In this document: positions 19,056-27,920 of the stretch, in pieces
Position numbering within the stretch: the stretch's first letter is position 1
How the letters are laid out: each line of letters begins with the position of its first letter
Source: Flavobacteriales bacterium
GTDB lineage: Bacteria > Bacteroidota > Bacteroidia > Flavobacteriales_F > PHOS-HE28
NCBI GenBank assembly: GCA_041691695.1
Contig: JBEPUG010000004.1
Coordinates: 1-48,429 of the forward strand
Direction of reading: 5' to 3'
DNA length: 48,429 bases
The notes under the pieces: generated by a model
Database searches by the model: none
The model's input: the letters and a program-made list of their open reading frames with translations, nothing else
Told to the model about the DNA's origin: nothing
Made by a program: the position numbers and the translations under genes

Positions 19056-19190
19056 GTGAGGTGGGATCTTGTGGGTGGGTGAGGTGAAGAAGGACAGGGA
19101 AGTAAAGGAGGTAAGGGATGTCAAGGAGGCGGCACTTACCTCCATTACCTACTTCACGTCCATTACACCCTTTCCCAATTTACCCTTACC
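19056..19190. repeat. polypurine/polypyrimidine imperfect palindrome (TTACCTCC family, copy 2)
   Basis: A G/A-rich arm (...GTGAAGAAGGACAGGGAAGTAAAGGAGGTAAGGGATG...) faces a C/T-rich arm (CACTTACCTCCATTACCTACTTCAC...). It shares CCCTTACCTCCTT and CTCCATTAC words with 8726-8849. Confidence 0.7.
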
Positions 19191-19885
19191 TATCTCTGCG
19201 CGAAGCTCATCCACGCGCACGCAGCGATAGCGGCCGTCTCGGTGCGCAGGCGTGCCCTTCCGAGACTTACCGCTTGAAAGCCCTGTGCCATCAGCATTTC
19301 CGCTTCCTCAGGAGAGAGATCGCCCTCGGGCCCGATCACCATCAACGCGTGCTTCTTCGGGTCATAGGCGGATGTGAGGTCGACGTGTTCTCCTTCGCAC
19401 CAACCGAAGATTTTCTGTTGAGCGTTACTTATTTCCAGGTCCTTCAGCTTGGTCAACTTGTCCAGTTTCGGCAACCAGCGGCGTTGGCTCTGCTTCATAG
19501 CGCCGATCAGCACTTTTTCCATGCGGTCGGTCCGGAGCTTGTCGCGTTCCGTGCGATGCGTGAGCAGTGGAGTGATTCGGTCCACTCCGATCTCCGTGGC
19601 TTTCTCCAAGAACCATTCGAAGCGTTCCATCTGCTTGGTGGGCGCTACAGCGAGGTGGATACGCGCATTTCGTTCGGGACCATCGGTCTCCTTCCGTAGG
19701 ATGCGCGCAGTGCACTGCTTCTTCGTGGCTTCTACCAATTCGGCTTCCGCGTAGCTGCCGTTGCCATCGAGCAAGCCGATGATACTTCCGGCGGATAGCC
19801 GCAGCACATTCACCGCATGGTGCGCTTCTTCTTCCGGAAGCTCTGCGAGCGCGGGTCCAAGATCAGGGCAGTGGAAGAGGTGCAT
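19190..19885 (-). CDS. rsmE: 16S rRNA (uracil1498-N3)-methyltransferase
   Basis: RsmE pattern: HHAVNVLRL, ...LAVAPTK..RFEWFLEKATEIGV, GPEGDLSPEE and LGRARLRTETAA. Start trimmed to MHLFHCP. Confidence 0.85.
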   Translation of the reverse strand: MHLFHCPDLGPALAELPEEEAHHAVNVLRLSAGSIIGLLDGNGSYAEAELVEATKKQCTARILRKETDGPERNARIHLAVAPTKQMERFEWFLEKATEIGVDRITPLLTHRTERDKLRTDRMEKVLIGAMKQSQRRWLPKLDKLTKLKDLEISNAQQKIFGWCEGEHVDLTSAYDPKKHALMVIGPEGDLSPEEAEMLMAQGFQAVSLGRARLRTETAAIAACAWMSFAQR

Positions 19886-20120
19886 GTAATGAGTGGTGGG
19901 TCCTGACGAGCAGACAGAGGTCACGCGCAAAGATCAGAAGGAAGGTCGCAAAGGATGCAGTACCCGTAAGTCCAAATGTGACCGGCCATTGATGTACTAT
20001 CCAATGGTCGCTGATGGTATTAGGCTAAAATTGGGGAGGAAGTTTCAGCAGGAAGAAACACACCGTTTGAGATGACATGGCCTGCGCAGTGCAGTGTTGC
20101 GTTGGTAGTGACCTATAGGT

Positions 20121-21242
20121 CTACATGCGCATCTTCGCTGGTTTCATTTCCTCTTCCGACTTCACGGCGCCCTTGAGTGAAGTGGTATCTGAAATTCCGC
20201 CGAGTACCTCGATGTTCACTCCGTCGCTGAGGCCGGTCTTCACATAGGTCTTCTTCCAATCCAAGCCGTCCTTCATGTCCACGAAGGCGCTGTCGCCCTT
20301 GTTGTTGAAAGTGATCACGCTCTCGGGTATGCTCTCCACACTGTCGCGGCGTGCCAGCACGATGTCCGCATTGGCACTGTAGCCGGCGCGCAAGGTCTGG
20401 CCATCCTTCACCTTCACAGCCGCGCGGATCTCGAACTGAATGGCGCCATTGGTCAACACGCCCTTCGGCGCGATATATTCCAGTTGTGCATCCCAAGAGG
20501 CGCTGTCGATGGCGCCAACGGTAATAACCACAGGCATGCCGATCCGCACCTTGCCTACCTCACTCTCGTCCACGTTCCCCTTGAAGATGAGGTCGTTCAT
20601 ATCCGCTATGGTCGCGATGGTGGTGCCCTCATTGAAATTGTTCCGCTCGATCACACTACTGCCCACCTTGACCGGCACGTCCAGCACCATGCCAGTTATG
20701 GTGCTGCGCACGATTGTATTGCTGGAACTGCCACTGCTTTTGCTGATACCGTCGCGCACGAGTTGCAACGCGTCCTGTGCCGCCCCTTGCTCCTGTTTCG
20801 CGTTGCGTAACGCGATGTCATAGGTCTGCATCTCGCTTGCCGCTATCACGCCGTTGTCGGCCAGTGGCTTGTTGCGGTCGTAGTTCAATTGCGCATTGGT
20901 CACCGAGATCTCGGCGCTGCTCACGCGGCTTTCGGCCTGGTTCAGCGAGAGCATGTCCGGAACGATCTGGATCTGCGCAAGCTGGTCTCCCGCCTTCACT
21001 TTCTGCCCGGCCACCACATAGAGTGTGCGGATCACTCCGCTTACAACGGGCTTGATGTCGATCTCCTGCCGCGGTTCGATGGTGCCGTTGGCCACGGTCT
21101 TTTTGATGATCGTTTGCACCTTGGGCTTCACCACGTTGAATTTCGGCGGTGTGGTCACACTCTTCTGATAGAGGAACCAGAGCGTCCATATGAAGAGCAC
21201 GCCGAGCAGGATCAGCAGGATGTACTTGAGGGCTTTTTTCAT
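20121..21242 (-). CDS. efflux periplasmic adaptor (HlyD/MacA family)
   Basis: N-terminal TM helix, barrel-sandwich/coiled-coil pattern (VVAGQKVKAGDQLAQI..., hairpin region, GMPVVITV). It is the last gene of the ABC exporter operon. Confidence 0.85.
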   Translation of the reverse strand: MKKALKYILLILLGVLFIWTLWFLYQKSVTTPPKFNVVKPKVQTIIKKTVANGTIEPRQEIDIKPVVSGVIRTLYVVAGQKVKAGDQLAQIQIVPDMLSLNQAESRVSSAEISVTNAQLNYDRNKPLADNGVIAASEMQTYDIALRNAKQEQGAAQDALQLVRDGISKSSGSSSNTIVRSTITGMVLDVPVKVGSSVIERNNFNEGTTIATIADMNDLIFKGNVDESEVGKVRIGMPVVITVGAIDSASWDAQLEYIAPKGVLTNGAIQFEIRAAVKVKDGQTLRAGYSANADIVLARRDSVESIPESVITFNNKGDSAFVDMKDGLDWKKTYVKTGLSDGVNIEVLGGISDTTSLKGAVKSEEEMKPAKMRM

Positions 21243-21344
21243 TCTTGAAGCGCCGAAGCTCGGCGAAGGGGTTTGGTGGTTCTCGTTGGGCCGTTGAGGG
21301 CGGGTATGTGGAGGGTGGGCCGAATAGGGGTTTATCGTCCGCTC

Positions 21345-22589
21345 CTATTCAGCCCTTAATGCGTCTACAGGTTTGATACTAAGTGCGCGGCGCGCAGGGA
21401 CGTATCCTGCGATCAGACCGCTGATGATGAGAACGGTAAGGGCGACAAGAGCCACGCTTAGATCTACTTCCGGATGGCTGAAGAAGCCAGAGTCGATCTG
21501 CATGCTATTGATGGCCTGCAAAGATCCGATCCCGGATAGAAGCCCGAAATAGCCGGCAATAAATGTGAGCGTGAGCGCCTCCAGCATGATCTGTCCGGTG
21601 ATGTTACCGGGCCGGGCGCCGATACTTCGCCGCACACCGATCTCCTTGGTACGCTCCTTTACGATCACGAGCATGATGTTGCTGATGCCGATGACGCCAG
21701 CGATCAAGGTGAGCGTGCCGACGAACCAGCTCAAGGCCGCGATGGCAATGAACAGCATGCTCATCTTATCGAACATGTCCTGCATATTGAATCCGCCGAA
21801 TGCCAGCGCGTCGTTCGGGTCCACCTTGTGGCGCTTGGCCATCACCAGCTTCACCTTCGTTTGCAGGTCTGCGGCTTTCACGCCTGGCTTGGCACTGATG
21901 CTGAACCACCCCACCTGGTTCATGCTGTTGAAGGCCTTTTGGAAGGTGGTGAACGGGATGTAGATCACGCTTCCCTCGCCATCGTCGTGCATGGCATTGG
22001 CCTTCGGGATCTGTATGCCCACCACTTGGAAGTAGACGCCTTGGATGCGGATGTATTTGCCCAAGGGTGCCTCCGAGCCGAAGAGCGACTTCACAACGTC
22101 CGGCCCGATCACGCAGATCTTGCGCTCGTCGCGCACATCCTTCCAATTGAGAAAGCGTCCTTCAGGGATGTCGGCCGCTTTGAATTCGAGCACGGTCGGA
22201 AGGTCGCCCTTCACGCTGAAGCCGCCATTCTTGTCCTTATAGTTCACATTGTTGGCACCGCGGTATCCGCCGAGCTGTATACCAGGCTCCACATATTCAA
22301 CCCCTTCCACAGCCTGTATCGTTGCAATGTCGCTGTTGTCGAATTCAAATTGCCGACCACGCTGGAAACCATCGTACGGAAGCGAGGTGCTCTGCGTCCA
22401 GATGAAGAAGCTGTTCGTTGCCCAGCCTTGGAAACCGCCGAGCACACCGTTGCTCAGGCCCCTTCCCATGCCGAGCATGATCACCAGCATGAAGATGCCC
22501 CAGAACACGCCGAACATGGTGAGGCCGCTGCGCAGCTTATTGCGACTCAGCGTCATCCAGATCTCGCTCCAGCGTTCCCTATCGAACAT
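21345..22589 (-). CDS. ABC transporter permease, MacB/FtsX type (paralog 1)
   Basis: N-terminal TM, large periplasmic domain and a C-terminal FtsX 3-TM module (VKERTKEIGVRRSIGARP). Start trimmed to MFDRERWSEIW, parallel to the paralog start MFDAEKWAEIF. Confidence 0.88.
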   Translation of the reverse strand: MFDRERWSEIWMTLSRNKLRSGLTMFGVFWGIFMLVIMLGMGRGLSNGVLGGFQGWATNSFFIWTQSTSLPYDGFQRGRQFEFDNSDIATIQAVEGVEYVEPGIQLGGYRGANNVNYKDKNGGFSVKGDLPTVLEFKAADIPEGRFLNWKDVRDERKICVIGPDVVKSLFGSEAPLGKYIRIQGVYFQVVGIQIPKANAMHDDGEGSVIYIPFTTFQKAFNSMNQVGWFSISAKPGVKAADLQTKVKLVMAKRHKVDPNDALAFGGFNMQDMFDKMSMLFIAIAALSWFVGTLTLIAGVIGISNIMLVIVKERTKEIGVRRSIGARPGNITGQIMLEALTLTFIAGYFGLLSGIGSLQAINSMQIDSGFFSHPEVDLSVALVALTVLIISGLIAGYVPARRALSIKPVDALRAE

Positions 22590-22648
22590 GGAGGAGGAGA
22601 GTTTTGCCGCGGAGGCGTGGAGGCGTGGAGAATGCGTTTGGCTTCTTA

Positions 22649-22846
22649 CCACAGAGACACGGAGGCACAGGGAATGCGTTTGGTTTTTGGCCGAGAATGT
22701 GTGGAGGCATTGACAAAAGAAAGAGGCCGTTCCCGTTGTGGAAGCGCAAAGGCGCGGAGGTGATCCGGGCCATCCTCAACAGACGATCGCAAGACGAATG
22801 TTCCAGAGAACGATTTGCGCTTCTCTGTGCCTCTGTGCCTCTGTGG
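22649..22846. repeat. gene-less inverted-repeat (MITE-like) element inside the ABC operon
   Basis: CCACAGAGACACGGAGGCACAGGG (22649-22672) compared with the reverse complement of 22823-22846, CCACAGAGGCACAGAGGCACAGAG, gives 21/24. Adjacent direct repeats are GGAGGCGT x2 (22611-22626) and GAATGCGTTTGG x2 (22630, 22672). Confidence 0.65.
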
Positions 22847-22856
22847 TGAACACTCC

Positions 22857-24101
22857 TCATTCGTCACGGAGTGCTTCTATGGGGCGTATGGACGCAGCCC
22901 TTCTTGCGGGGATAAGCCCCGCTAAGGCCCCTGCCACGATGAGTACGGCCGTGGCGTAAAGTGCTACACTGATGTCGATGGTAGGATCCCTGAACATCTC
23001 ATTGCCGGGAATCAACTTCGCCACGGATTCCAAGAGACCCACACCGCAGACGAGCCCAAAGTAGCCGGCCATGGCACTGACAAAGACCGCTTCCATGATC
23101 ACTTGCCCTGTCACGTTCGCGGGTGTGGCGCCGAGGGCCTTTCGGATACCGATCTCCTTGGTGCGCTCCTTCACCACGATCAGCATGATGTTGCTCACAC
23201 CTACGATGCCCGCCACGATGGTGCCGATCCCGATGATCCACAGGAACGCGTTGATCCCACCGAAGATCTTTCCGAAGGTCTCCGCGTTCTCCACGTTGTT
23301 ATTGACATAGACCGCTTGTTCATCCGTTGGGTCGAAGTGATGGCGTGTGGAGAGTACTGCTACCGCCCGATCCGCAGCCTGTTCTGCTCCCAAGAGCGAA
23401 CCGTCGGCGAAGCTGAAGGTGATCTTATCCACGCTCTGTTGCGCATTGAACACGCGTTGCACCACGCTGAGGGGGATGAAAACCTGGCTGTTCTGGCCCA
23501 TTCCGCGGCCACTGCTTTCGAATTTGTACACGCCCACCACCTGGAATGGGATGTTGTTCACCTGCACCCATTGGTCTATGGGGTCTTCCCCCTTGAAGAG
23601 CGCATCGCGTGAGTCCTCGGCTAGCACGATCACCTTGCGCGTCTGCACTTGGTCCGCCTGGTTGATGAAGCGGCCCTCGAGGATCTGTTGATCCTGCAGA
23701 GCGGTGAACTCGGGCGTCACTCCGCTGATAGTGAAGTTGCCGTAGTTCTTGCCGCGGCTCAGCTGGCTCTCTCCGCGCCAAACACGCAGGTTGCCCGTGA
23801 TATGCTGAAGGCCAAGGATGGCGGTGCGCAAAGCATCCACGTCCCGCGTATCCAATTGGATCGAACGGTCCACTGCGAGGCCCTGCCAGGGCTTGGTGGT
23901 CTCCCCGCCATATAGATCGATCGTGTTCTTTGCCGTATTCCGAAAATTGTAGCTGAAACCATTGCTCAATCCTTGGCCAGCGCCCAGTAGGATGATCAGC
24001 ATGAAGATCCCCCAGAACACACTGAAGCCGGTGAGCACCGTCCGCAACTTGTTCTTGCTGATGGTGTCGAAGATCTCCGCCCACTTTTCAGCGTCGAACA
24101 T
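22857..24101 (-). CDS. ABC transporter permease, MacB/FtsX type (paralog 2)
   Basis: Same architecture as 21345-22589, with VKERTKEIGIRKALGATP. Confidence 0.9.
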   Translation of the reverse strand: MFDAEKWAEIFDTISKNKLRTVLTGFSVFWGIFMLIILLGAGQGLSNGFSYNFRNTAKNTIDLYGGETTKPWQGLAVDRSIQLDTRDVDALRTAILGLQHITGNLRVWRGESQLSRGKNYGNFTISGVTPEFTALQDQQILEGRFINQADQVQTRKVIVLAEDSRDALFKGEDPIDQWVQVNNIPFQVVGVYKFESSGRGMGQNSQVFIPLSVVQRVFNAQQSVDKITFSFADGSLLGAEQAADRAVAVLSTRHHFDPTDEQAVYVNNNVENAETFGKIFGGINAFLWIIGIGTIVAGIVGVSNIMLIVVKERTKEIGIRKALGATPANVTGQVIMEAVFVSAMAGYFGLVCGVGLLESVAKLIPGNEMFRDPTIDISVALYATAVLIVAGALAGLIPARRAASIRPIEALRDE

Positions 24102-24795
24102 GCTCCGTCTCGATTATCGGTTCGCCGTCGTGGCTTTCGATCTCGCCATCCTTTAAGCGGATGATGCGCTGGGTCTGTGCGGCAATATCCGGCTCGTGCG
24201 TTACGATCACGACCGTCATACCGAATTCGCGGTTCACCTTCATCAGCAACTCCATCACCTCGTTGCTGGTGGTGCTGTCCAAGGCGCCGGTGGGTTCGTC
24301 AGCAAGGATCACCTTCGGATCCGCGATCAATGCACGCGCAATGGCAACGCGTTGTTTCTGACCGCCGCTCATTTCGTTCGGCATGTGGTGCGCCCAGTCC
24401 CGCAGGCCCACGCTGGCGAGCATCTCCACAGCGCGTTCGTTGCGTTTGCGATGCGGCACGCCTTGGTAGTATAGCGGCAGCGCCACGTTCTCCATCGCGT
24501 TCTTGAAGGAGATCAGGTTGAAGCTCTGGAATACGAAACCGATGTACTTGCTGCGTAGTTCCGCGGCTCGCGTCTCCGTGAGGTCCTTGATCGGTACGCC
24601 GTCCAACAAATATTCCCCGCTATCCGCGTTGTCGAGGATGCCGATGATGTTCAACAGCGTGCTCTTTCCAGAGCCCGAGGAGCCCATGATGCTCACCATC
24701 TCCCCTGTGCGGATTTTGAGGTCTACGCCCTTGAGCACTTGGAGCATGTTGCTCCCCATGTGATAGGCCTTGCGGATATTCGTCAGTTGCAGCAT
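24088..24795 (-). CDS. ABC transporter ATP-binding protein (MacB/LolD-like)
   Basis: Walker A GSSGSGKST, signature LSGGQKQR and Walker B ILADEPTGALD. Start trimmed to MLQLTNIRKAY; it overlaps the downstream permease by 14 nt. Confidence 0.93.
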   Translation of the reverse strand: MLQLTNIRKAYHMGSNMLQVLKGVDLKIRTGEMVSIMGSSGSGKSTLLNIIGILDNADSGEYLLDGVPIKDLTETRAAELRSKYIGFVFQSFNLISFKNAMENVALPLYYQGVPHRKRNERAVEMLASVGLRDWAHHMPNEMSGGQKQRVAIARALIADPKVILADEPTGALDSTTSNEVMELLMKVNREFGMTVVIVTHEPDIAAQTQRIIRLKDGEIESHDGEPIIETEHVRR

Positions 24796-24809
24796 GCTCT
24801 TGGATGGTA

Positions 24810-24817
24810 CGAAAGTA
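24810..24817 (-). promoter_or_regulatory. candidate -7 box TACTTTCG upstream of the ABC operon
   Basis: Minus-strand TACTTTCG, 14 nt before ATG 24795. It is embedded in the palindrome GGTAC-GAAA-GTACC (24806-24819). Confidence 0.3.
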
Positions 24818-24977
24818 CCGGGCATGAGGGATGCGCCTAAGGTCCCTACATGAACGGTTGAGTGACGGGGGGAGCGGACCAACTGGACCGGATGCGCGGA
24901 TGCGTAAGGCAACTTTCCACGGGATGCCGTGTATGAATGGTCCCGATGGCACAGCGATTGCCAAGGGTGCGCGGAAT

Positions 24978-24985
24978 TACATTCG
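24978..24985 (+). promoter_or_regulatory. candidate -7 box TACATTCG upstream of the lipoprotein operon
   Basis: TTACATTCGC, 19 nt before ATG 25005. Confidence 0.35.
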
Positions 24986-25004
24986 CCAACCACCATCTAT
25001 CGGC

Positions 25005-26393
25005 ATGAAGCTCTTTGCCTCCACCACCGGCCTTGCAGCGCTACTGCTTGTGCTCTCTTGCACGGGTTCGAGGTCCTTCTCCAAACGAGGAGCGAAACTC
25101 GAGGCCAATGGGATGTATGCTGAAGCATCGGAGATGTACCTGCAAAGCGCGGTTCGCAACGCGAAGAATGTGGATGCCTTGATCGGCCTGAAGAAGACCG
25201 GCCAACAGGTGCTGAACGACAAGCTCGGCATCTTCTTCAAGGCTTTCAATATGGATACTGACAAGGAGGCCGCCGTGAACGCATACTTGGATGCCAAGGA
25301 TTTTCAGGATCGCGTGCAACGGGCCGGTGTGAGCCTTGATATTCCGGACAGCTACACGACCGACTTCAAACAGGTGAAAGGCGAATACCTGGTGCAACTG
25401 TACACGCAAGGCCATGCGCTGTTGGACCAGAAGGACTATACGACGGCCGAGACTGTTTTTGCCAAGATCGGTAAACTGGAACCCGGCTACAAGGATGCTG
25501 GAAGCCTACAGCAAGTTGCCTACTTGGAGCCGCTATACATCTCCGGAAAAGCAGCATTGGCCGCAGGGCAGTATCGAAAGGCGTATGAGGACCTGGACAA
25601 AGTGATCGCCAAAGCGGCCGCCTACAAGGATGCCCCTGCGTTACGCCAACAATGTGTTGAGAAAGGCCGGTATGCCATCGCGGTCCTACCCTTCGGTGTG
25701 GCCTCCGATGGACGGCGAAGCCACGCTGCCGAGGCGGCGAGCCTGCAGGCCTATGCCACTGAGGCGCTCACTGGTTTGAATGATCCTTTTCTCACGGTAG
25801 TGGACCGGGACAACATCCAGAAGATCCTCGATGAGCAGCGCCTTGGCATGAGTGGCGTGGTGGACGAGAGCACCGCCGTCAGTGCGGGCAAGTTGGTGGG
25901 CGCGCAGGCGGTGATCATGGGCACGGTGATCGCATACCAGGAAGAACCCGGTAAGCTGCGTTCAAACGTCAGGAATGGCTATGAGAGCTATCAGGAAAAA
26001 CAGCTCAACAAGGAGACGAACCAGTATACCGCCGTGACCAAGTACAAGCCCGTGCAGTACACGGAATACTATCAGGAGAACATCGCCACCGTATCCTTCA
26101 GTTACAAGCTGGTCTCCTTGGAAACAGGCGAGGTGCTCATGAGCAAGGTGATCGACCAGCAGGCTTCCGACCATGCCAGCTACGCCACCTATTCGGGAAA
26201 TGCCAATGCGTTGTTCCCCATGTTGAATGGAAATGTGAACACGGCTTCCAGCGCTCGACGCGACCTTTCCGGTTTGCTTCAAGGGAACCAGCAAGTGAAG
26301 CCTGTAGCGCAACTTGGCAATGAAGCGCTCCGCTCCACATCAGCCAATATGGCGGCGGCCATTGAACAGGTCTTGGCCAATAAACTTCCATGA
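25005..26393 (+). CDS. lipoprotein with helical/TPR-like N-terminal region and CsgG/HfaB-like C-terminal domain
   Basis: Lipobox LLLVLSC. The C-terminal half reads AIAVLPFGV...FLTVVDRDNIQKILDEQRLGMSGVVD...GKLVGAQAVIMGTVIAY...SFSYKLVSLETGEVLMSK, which resembles my recalled E. coli CsgG pattern (V.VY.F / ERQ.L.NLL.ER / GSIIGY / RVVNVSTGEIL); no alignment was run. Confidence 0.65.
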   Translation: MKLFASTTGLAALLLVLSCTGSRSFSKRGAKLEANGMYAEASEMYLQSAVRNAKNVDALIGLKKTGQQVLNDKLGIFFKAFNMDTDKEAAVNAYLDAKDFQDRVQRAGVSLDIPDSYTTDFKQVKGEYLVQLYTQGHALLDQKDYTTAETVFAKIGKLEPGYKDAGSLQQVAYLEPLYISGKAALAAGQYRKAYEDLDKVIAKAAAYKDAPALRQQCVEKGRYAIAVLPFGVASDGRRSHAAEAASLQAYATEALTGLNDPFLTVVDRDNIQKILDEQRLGMSGVVDESTAVSAGKLVGAQAVIMGTVIAYQEEPGKLRSNVRNGYESYQEKQLNKETNQYTAVTKYKPVQYTEYYQENIATVSFSYKLVSLETGEVLMSKVIDQQASDHASYATYSGNANALFPMLNGNVNTASSARRDLSGLLQGNQQVKPVAQLGNEALRSTSANMAAAIEQVLANKLP

Positions 26394-27850
26394 TCACATT
26401 CCGTCAACGGCCATGCGGAGCGAAGCAGCGGCAGGCGGTTTCATTTTCCTATTCGGCCTTGCCCGTTCTATGCGGCCTTTTGTTGGTGATCTTGCTATTT
26501 GGTGCATGCAAGTCCAAACAGGTCGCCACGCAAGTTGAGGTCCCGGTGAACAAGGAGGCCGAACTGCCCGCTTGGGTGCGCTCCCGGCCCGTTACGGATA
26601 CCTACTACATCGGCATCGGCCAGTGCCCCAAGGGCCGTGCGGACTATTTGGAGACCGCGAAGAAGAACGCGCTCAACGATCTGGCCAGTGAGATCAGCGT
26701 TACGGTGGAGGGCAACAGCCTTCTCTACACCTTGGATCGCAAGCAGAGCTTCGATGAGCAGTACACCAGTACCATCAAGACCCGCACGAATGAACAGTTG
26801 GAGGGATACGAACTGGTGGACAGCTATGACGGCACCAACACCTACTGGACCTACTATCGATTGAACAAGGCGGACTATGCGCGACTGAAGGCGGGCCGCA
26901 AGCAGAAGGCGATCGACCAGGCCACGGACCTCTATTCCCACGCCAAGACCAGCTTGTCCGGCGGTGATCTCAAGAGCGCCTTCGATCAGGACCTGCGTGC
27001 TTTGATCGCGATGAAGGACTACTGGGGGGACAGTGACCAAGTGAACGCGGATGGCAAGTCGTTGTCCTTGGCGAACCAACTCTTTACGGACCTGCAAGCC
27101 ATGACCAGCGGCGTGCGATTGGCAGTGCTTCCAAAGCGATGTGCACTGGATTATGCCAACCATTTCAAACGGGAAATGCTGATCACTGCGACCTACGCTG
27201 AAGGCGGACATGCACTGGCCCAGCTGCCGATCGTAACCACCTATCCCGGTATAAGCGGCGCGATCACCGAGAGCCGCAACACGGATGCGGAAGGCCACGC
27301 CCGCACGACGGTTCAACGCGTGGACCTTGCTGCTAACGCGCCCGAAATGGTGGTGAGACCCGATATGAATGCCTTGGTAAGCAAGGACCTGGACCCGACT
27401 TTCACCACCCCATTGGTGGGCAGCCTCACCATTCCGGAAGCACATGTGCCGATCGATCGCACGATGCCGAAGGTGTTCACCCGGTCGAGCGAGAAGAACC
27501 TCGGACAACCGCTGGCGGATGCAGGTTTCACATTGGCGATCAAGGAAGCGCTTACCTCACAAGGATTCCGTTTCACCGACAAACCCACGGATGCCGATAT
27601 GGAGATGATGGTCACCGCCGACACGCATGAGATGGGGGAGAGCAATGGGTTTTTTACGGCCAACCTGGATGCCTCGGTCACCATTCGCGACCGGAAGAGC
27701 GGCGAAACGATCTATGAAGGAGGACGGCAGAGCGTGAAAGGCATCCAACTGACCTACATCAAGGCGGGTCTGGACGCATACAAGAAAGCGGGCCAAGGCC
27801 TTGGCAATGATCTGGTGCCTGCGCTGATGAACGCCATCCTTCAGCAATGA
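26390..27850 (+). CDS. LPP20-domain lipoprotein with extended C-terminal region
   Basis: Lipobox LLFGAC, then PAWVRSRPVTDTYYIGIG...AKKNALNDLASEISVTVEG...YWTYYRLNKADY, which is LPP20-like. The ATGA overlap with the upstream stop suggests translational coupling. Confidence 0.6.
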   Translation: MITFRQRPCGAKQRQAVSFSYSALPVLCGLLLVILLFGACKSKQVATQVEVPVNKEAELPAWVRSRPVTDTYYIGIGQCPKGRADYLETAKKNALNDLASEISVTVEGNSLLYTLDRKQSFDEQYTSTIKTRTNEQLEGYELVDSYDGTNTYWTYYRLNKADYARLKAGRKQKAIDQATDLYSHAKTSLSGGDLKSAFDQDLRALIAMKDYWGDSDQVNADGKSLSLANQLFTDLQAMTSGVRLAVLPKRCALDYANHFKREMLITATYAEGGHALAQLPIVTTYPGISGAITESRNTDAEGHARTTVQRVDLAANAPEMVVRPDMNALVSKDLDPTFTTPLVGSLTIPEAHVPIDRTMPKVFTRSSEKNLGQPLADAGFTLAIKEALTSQGFRFTDKPTDADMEMMVTADTHEMGESNGFFTANLDASVTIRDRKSGETIYEGGRQSVKGIQLTYIKAGLDAYKKAGQGLGNDLVPALMNAILQQ

Positions 27851-27920
27851 CGGCTACTTTCGGACTTTGGCACAGCATTGGAAAGCAAGATCACAACACA
27901 ACCACCAACACCTATCGACC

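Noticed and set aside
19886-20120. 235-bp spacer between the MacA-like stop and the rsmE start, examined for an RNA gene or repeat
   Set aside because: Only weak 5-bp hairpins and a 12-bp palindrome GACCTATAGGTC at the stop codon are present. It shows no similarity to the repeat families seen elsewhere in the window, so it is most simply terminator plus promoter DNA.
22611-22710. Direct repeats (GGAGGCGT, GAATGCGTTTGG) considered as a mini-CRISPR
   Set aside because: There are only two to three short imperfect copies, with no regular repeat-spacer periodicity and no cas genes. They fit better as part of the inverted-repeat element.
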